The notes beneath the pieces were generated by a model. That model did no database searches, was not told where the DNA came from, and worked only from the letters and a program-made list of their open reading frames with translations. This document shows positions 62,719-64,000 of a stretch of DNA of 64,000 bases, piece after piece (position 1 is the first letter of the stretch; the number at the start of each line of letters is the position of its first letter). A program made the position numbers and the translations under genes. This DNA comes from Polyangiales bacterium (GTDB taxonomy: Bacteria; Myxococcota_A; Polyangia; Polyangiales; Ga0077539), in contig JBGARZ010000017.1 in NCBI GenBank assembly GCA_044229975.1, forward strand, positions 32,001 to 96,000, in the 5' to 3' direction.

Positions 62719-62904
62719 CTACGCGGCGAACGACACACGGGCCACGGCGCGCCCACCCAGGCGCTCACGTAATGCCCCTCGGACGGTGAGGGTCGCGAGC
62801 GCGGTCGCGAGGCGCGGATCCGGCACGACAGCCTCGGCGGCGTCGAACGCCAACGCGACGAGGTCGCCCAGCGAGATGGTGTCAGTTCGGCGGGTTCGGC
62901 TCAT
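62719..62904 (-). CDS. Small hypothetical protein
   Basis: GGAG SD, upstream sigma54-like promoter; LGDLVALAFDAA helix. Confidence 0.55.
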   Translation of the reverse strand: MSRTRRTDTISLGDLVALAFDAAEAVVPDPRLATALATLTVRGALRERLGGRAVARVSFAA

Positions 62905-62934
62905 GGTTCAACACTCCGTTCGGGTAGGAGCAAG

Positions 62935-62950
62935 AGCAGAGCGCGTGCCG
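62935..62950 (-). promoter_or_regulatory. Putative sigma54 -24/-12 promoter
   Basis: CGGCACGCGCTCTGCT. Confidence 0.65.
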
Positions 62951-62992
62951 AGCACGCCGTGGGCATCGGCGGGCGCGACGCGCGTGAGCTCA

Positions 62993-63028
62993 GTGCAGCC
63001 GGTTCGCCGTGCGGCGCAGAACGTGCGC
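62993..63028. promoter_or_regulatory. Tandem enhancer sites (GCGCA-N5-TGCGC)
   Basis: GTGCAgccggTTCGC and GCGCAgaacgTGCGC, 21 bp apart. Confidence 0.62.
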
Positions 63029-63070
63029 GAGGCCGCGTCCCAGTCGGCGTGGCGTGGCCGGGCACGAACG

Positions 63071-63086
63071 TGGAACGACTCTCGCT
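63071..63086 (+). promoter_or_regulatory. Possible sigma54 -24/-12 promoter (weaker match)
   Basis: TGGAACGACTCTCGCT upstream of 63139. Confidence 0.4.
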
Positions 63087-63138
63087 TTGCGCGCCCTCCG
63101 TCGGGCCTCTGCGCCCGAACGGACAGGAAGCGAAACCG

Positions 63139-64000
63139 ATGACCTCCAGCGACGTCGACGACCGGATCCACAACCAGCTCCGCTGGGCCGTCGCCCAGGC
63201 AGTGCGTGCGCCCTCGACCCACAACACGCAACCCTGGCGGTTCCGCATCGTGGGTTCGACCATCGAGCTCTACGCCGACCGCTCGCGGGCGCTCCCGGTG
63301 ACCGACCCCGAGGGGCGCGAGCTGACGATCAGCTGCGGCGCGGCGCTCTTCCACCTCCGCGTGGCGCTCCGCGGCTTCGGGCTCGACGCCGACGTCGAGC
63401 GCCTGCCCGAGCCGGTGAACAACGACCTGCTCGCGCGAGTGACGGTGCGAGCGGGTTCGCCCCCCGACGAGGAGGAGCGCCTGATGGGCGCGGCGATCGG
63501 CACGCGACACACCTCCCGCGCGCCGTACCTGGGCATCACCGTGCCCGAGGACGCGGTCGATCGTCTCCGTCGCGCCGTCGAGGCGGAGGACGCCTGGTTC
63601 GTACCGCTCGCCGAGGAGGCCCAGCGGGTCCGCCTCGTCGCGTTGATCATGGAGGCCGACCACGAGCAGTGGCAAAGCGGCGCCTTCCGCGGCGAGTTCG
63701 CCCGGTGGATGCGCGCCAACGACAGCACGGCCACCGACGGAGTCTTCGGCTACGCGGGCGGGCTCGACAACGTGGAGTCCCACCTCGCCGCCATGGCCGT
63801 CCGGCTGATCGATCGCGGGGCGCGCGAGGCCGTCCGACACAAGGACATCGCGGAAGCCTCGCCGCTGCTCGCGGTGATCGGGACCGAGGGCGACTGGGCG
63901 CTGCCGTGGATCCGCGTCGGCGAGGCGCTCGACCGGGCGCTCCTCTGCGCGGAGAGCGAGTCGTTCTGCGTGGCGTACCTCAATCAACCGATCGAGGTCC
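63139..64000 (+). CDS. Acg-family FMN-binding nitroreductase (runs off the window end)
   Basis: Own translation from ATG 63139: APSTHNTQPWRF...DPEGRELTISCGAALFHL...RHTSR; open to the edge. Confidence 0.88.
   Translation, partial: MTSSDVDDRIHNQLRWAVAQAVRAPSTHNTQPWRFRIVGSTIELYADRSRALPVTDPEGRELTISCGAALFHLRVALRGFGLDADVERLPEPVNNDLLARVTVRAGSPPDEEERLMGAAIGTRHTSRAPYLGITVPEDAVDRLRRAVEAEDAWFVPLAEEAQRVRLVALIMEADHEQWQSGAFRGEFARWMRANDSTATDGVFGYAGGLDNVESHLAAMAVRLIDRGAREAVRHKDIAEASPLLAVIGTEGDWALPWIRVGEALDRALLCAESESFCVAYLNQPIEV

Overview
High-GC bacterial DNA, with gene content typical of Myxococcota-like deltaproteobacteria (inferred, not proven). It has two distinct blocks. (1) ~1-18 kb is an accessory/defence-like block. 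It holds a secreted SH3-repeat/discoidin protein, a His-rich membrane protein, a divergent nitrilase-fold protein, and a tightly coupled 7-gene operon (Ycf46-type AAA ATPase, UPF1/DNA2-like SF1 helicase, wHTH-like protein, catalytically degenerate PLD-like/coiled-coil protein, DUF2997, DUF1257, NrdG-like radical SAM). The operon converges on an IetAS (AAA ATPase + S8 protease) pair and is the best candidate for an undescribed defence/conflict system. (2) ~18-64 kb is a low-oxygen adaptation island bracketed by a broken and an intact Acg-family nitroreductase. It contains a beta-CASP nuclease, CBS proteins, phosphoketolase, MgtA, a globin-coupled stressosome (RsbRSTX), a protoglobin-PAS kinase, a sigma54 activator, RIC, an uncharacterised molybdoenzyme/ferredoxin/Rieske/cytochrome b operon, USPs, hemerythrins and a cbb3 oxidase operon. 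Reading the DNA directly shows about 14 sigma54 -24/-12 promoters and 7 tandem GCGCA-N5-TGCGC enhancer pairs, which define a self-contained regulon. A 61-aa four-cysteine domain occurs twice in the island, and there are several frameshifted genes. No rRNA, tRNA, CRISPR array or transposase was recognised. All family assignments come from motif recognition, not database searches.
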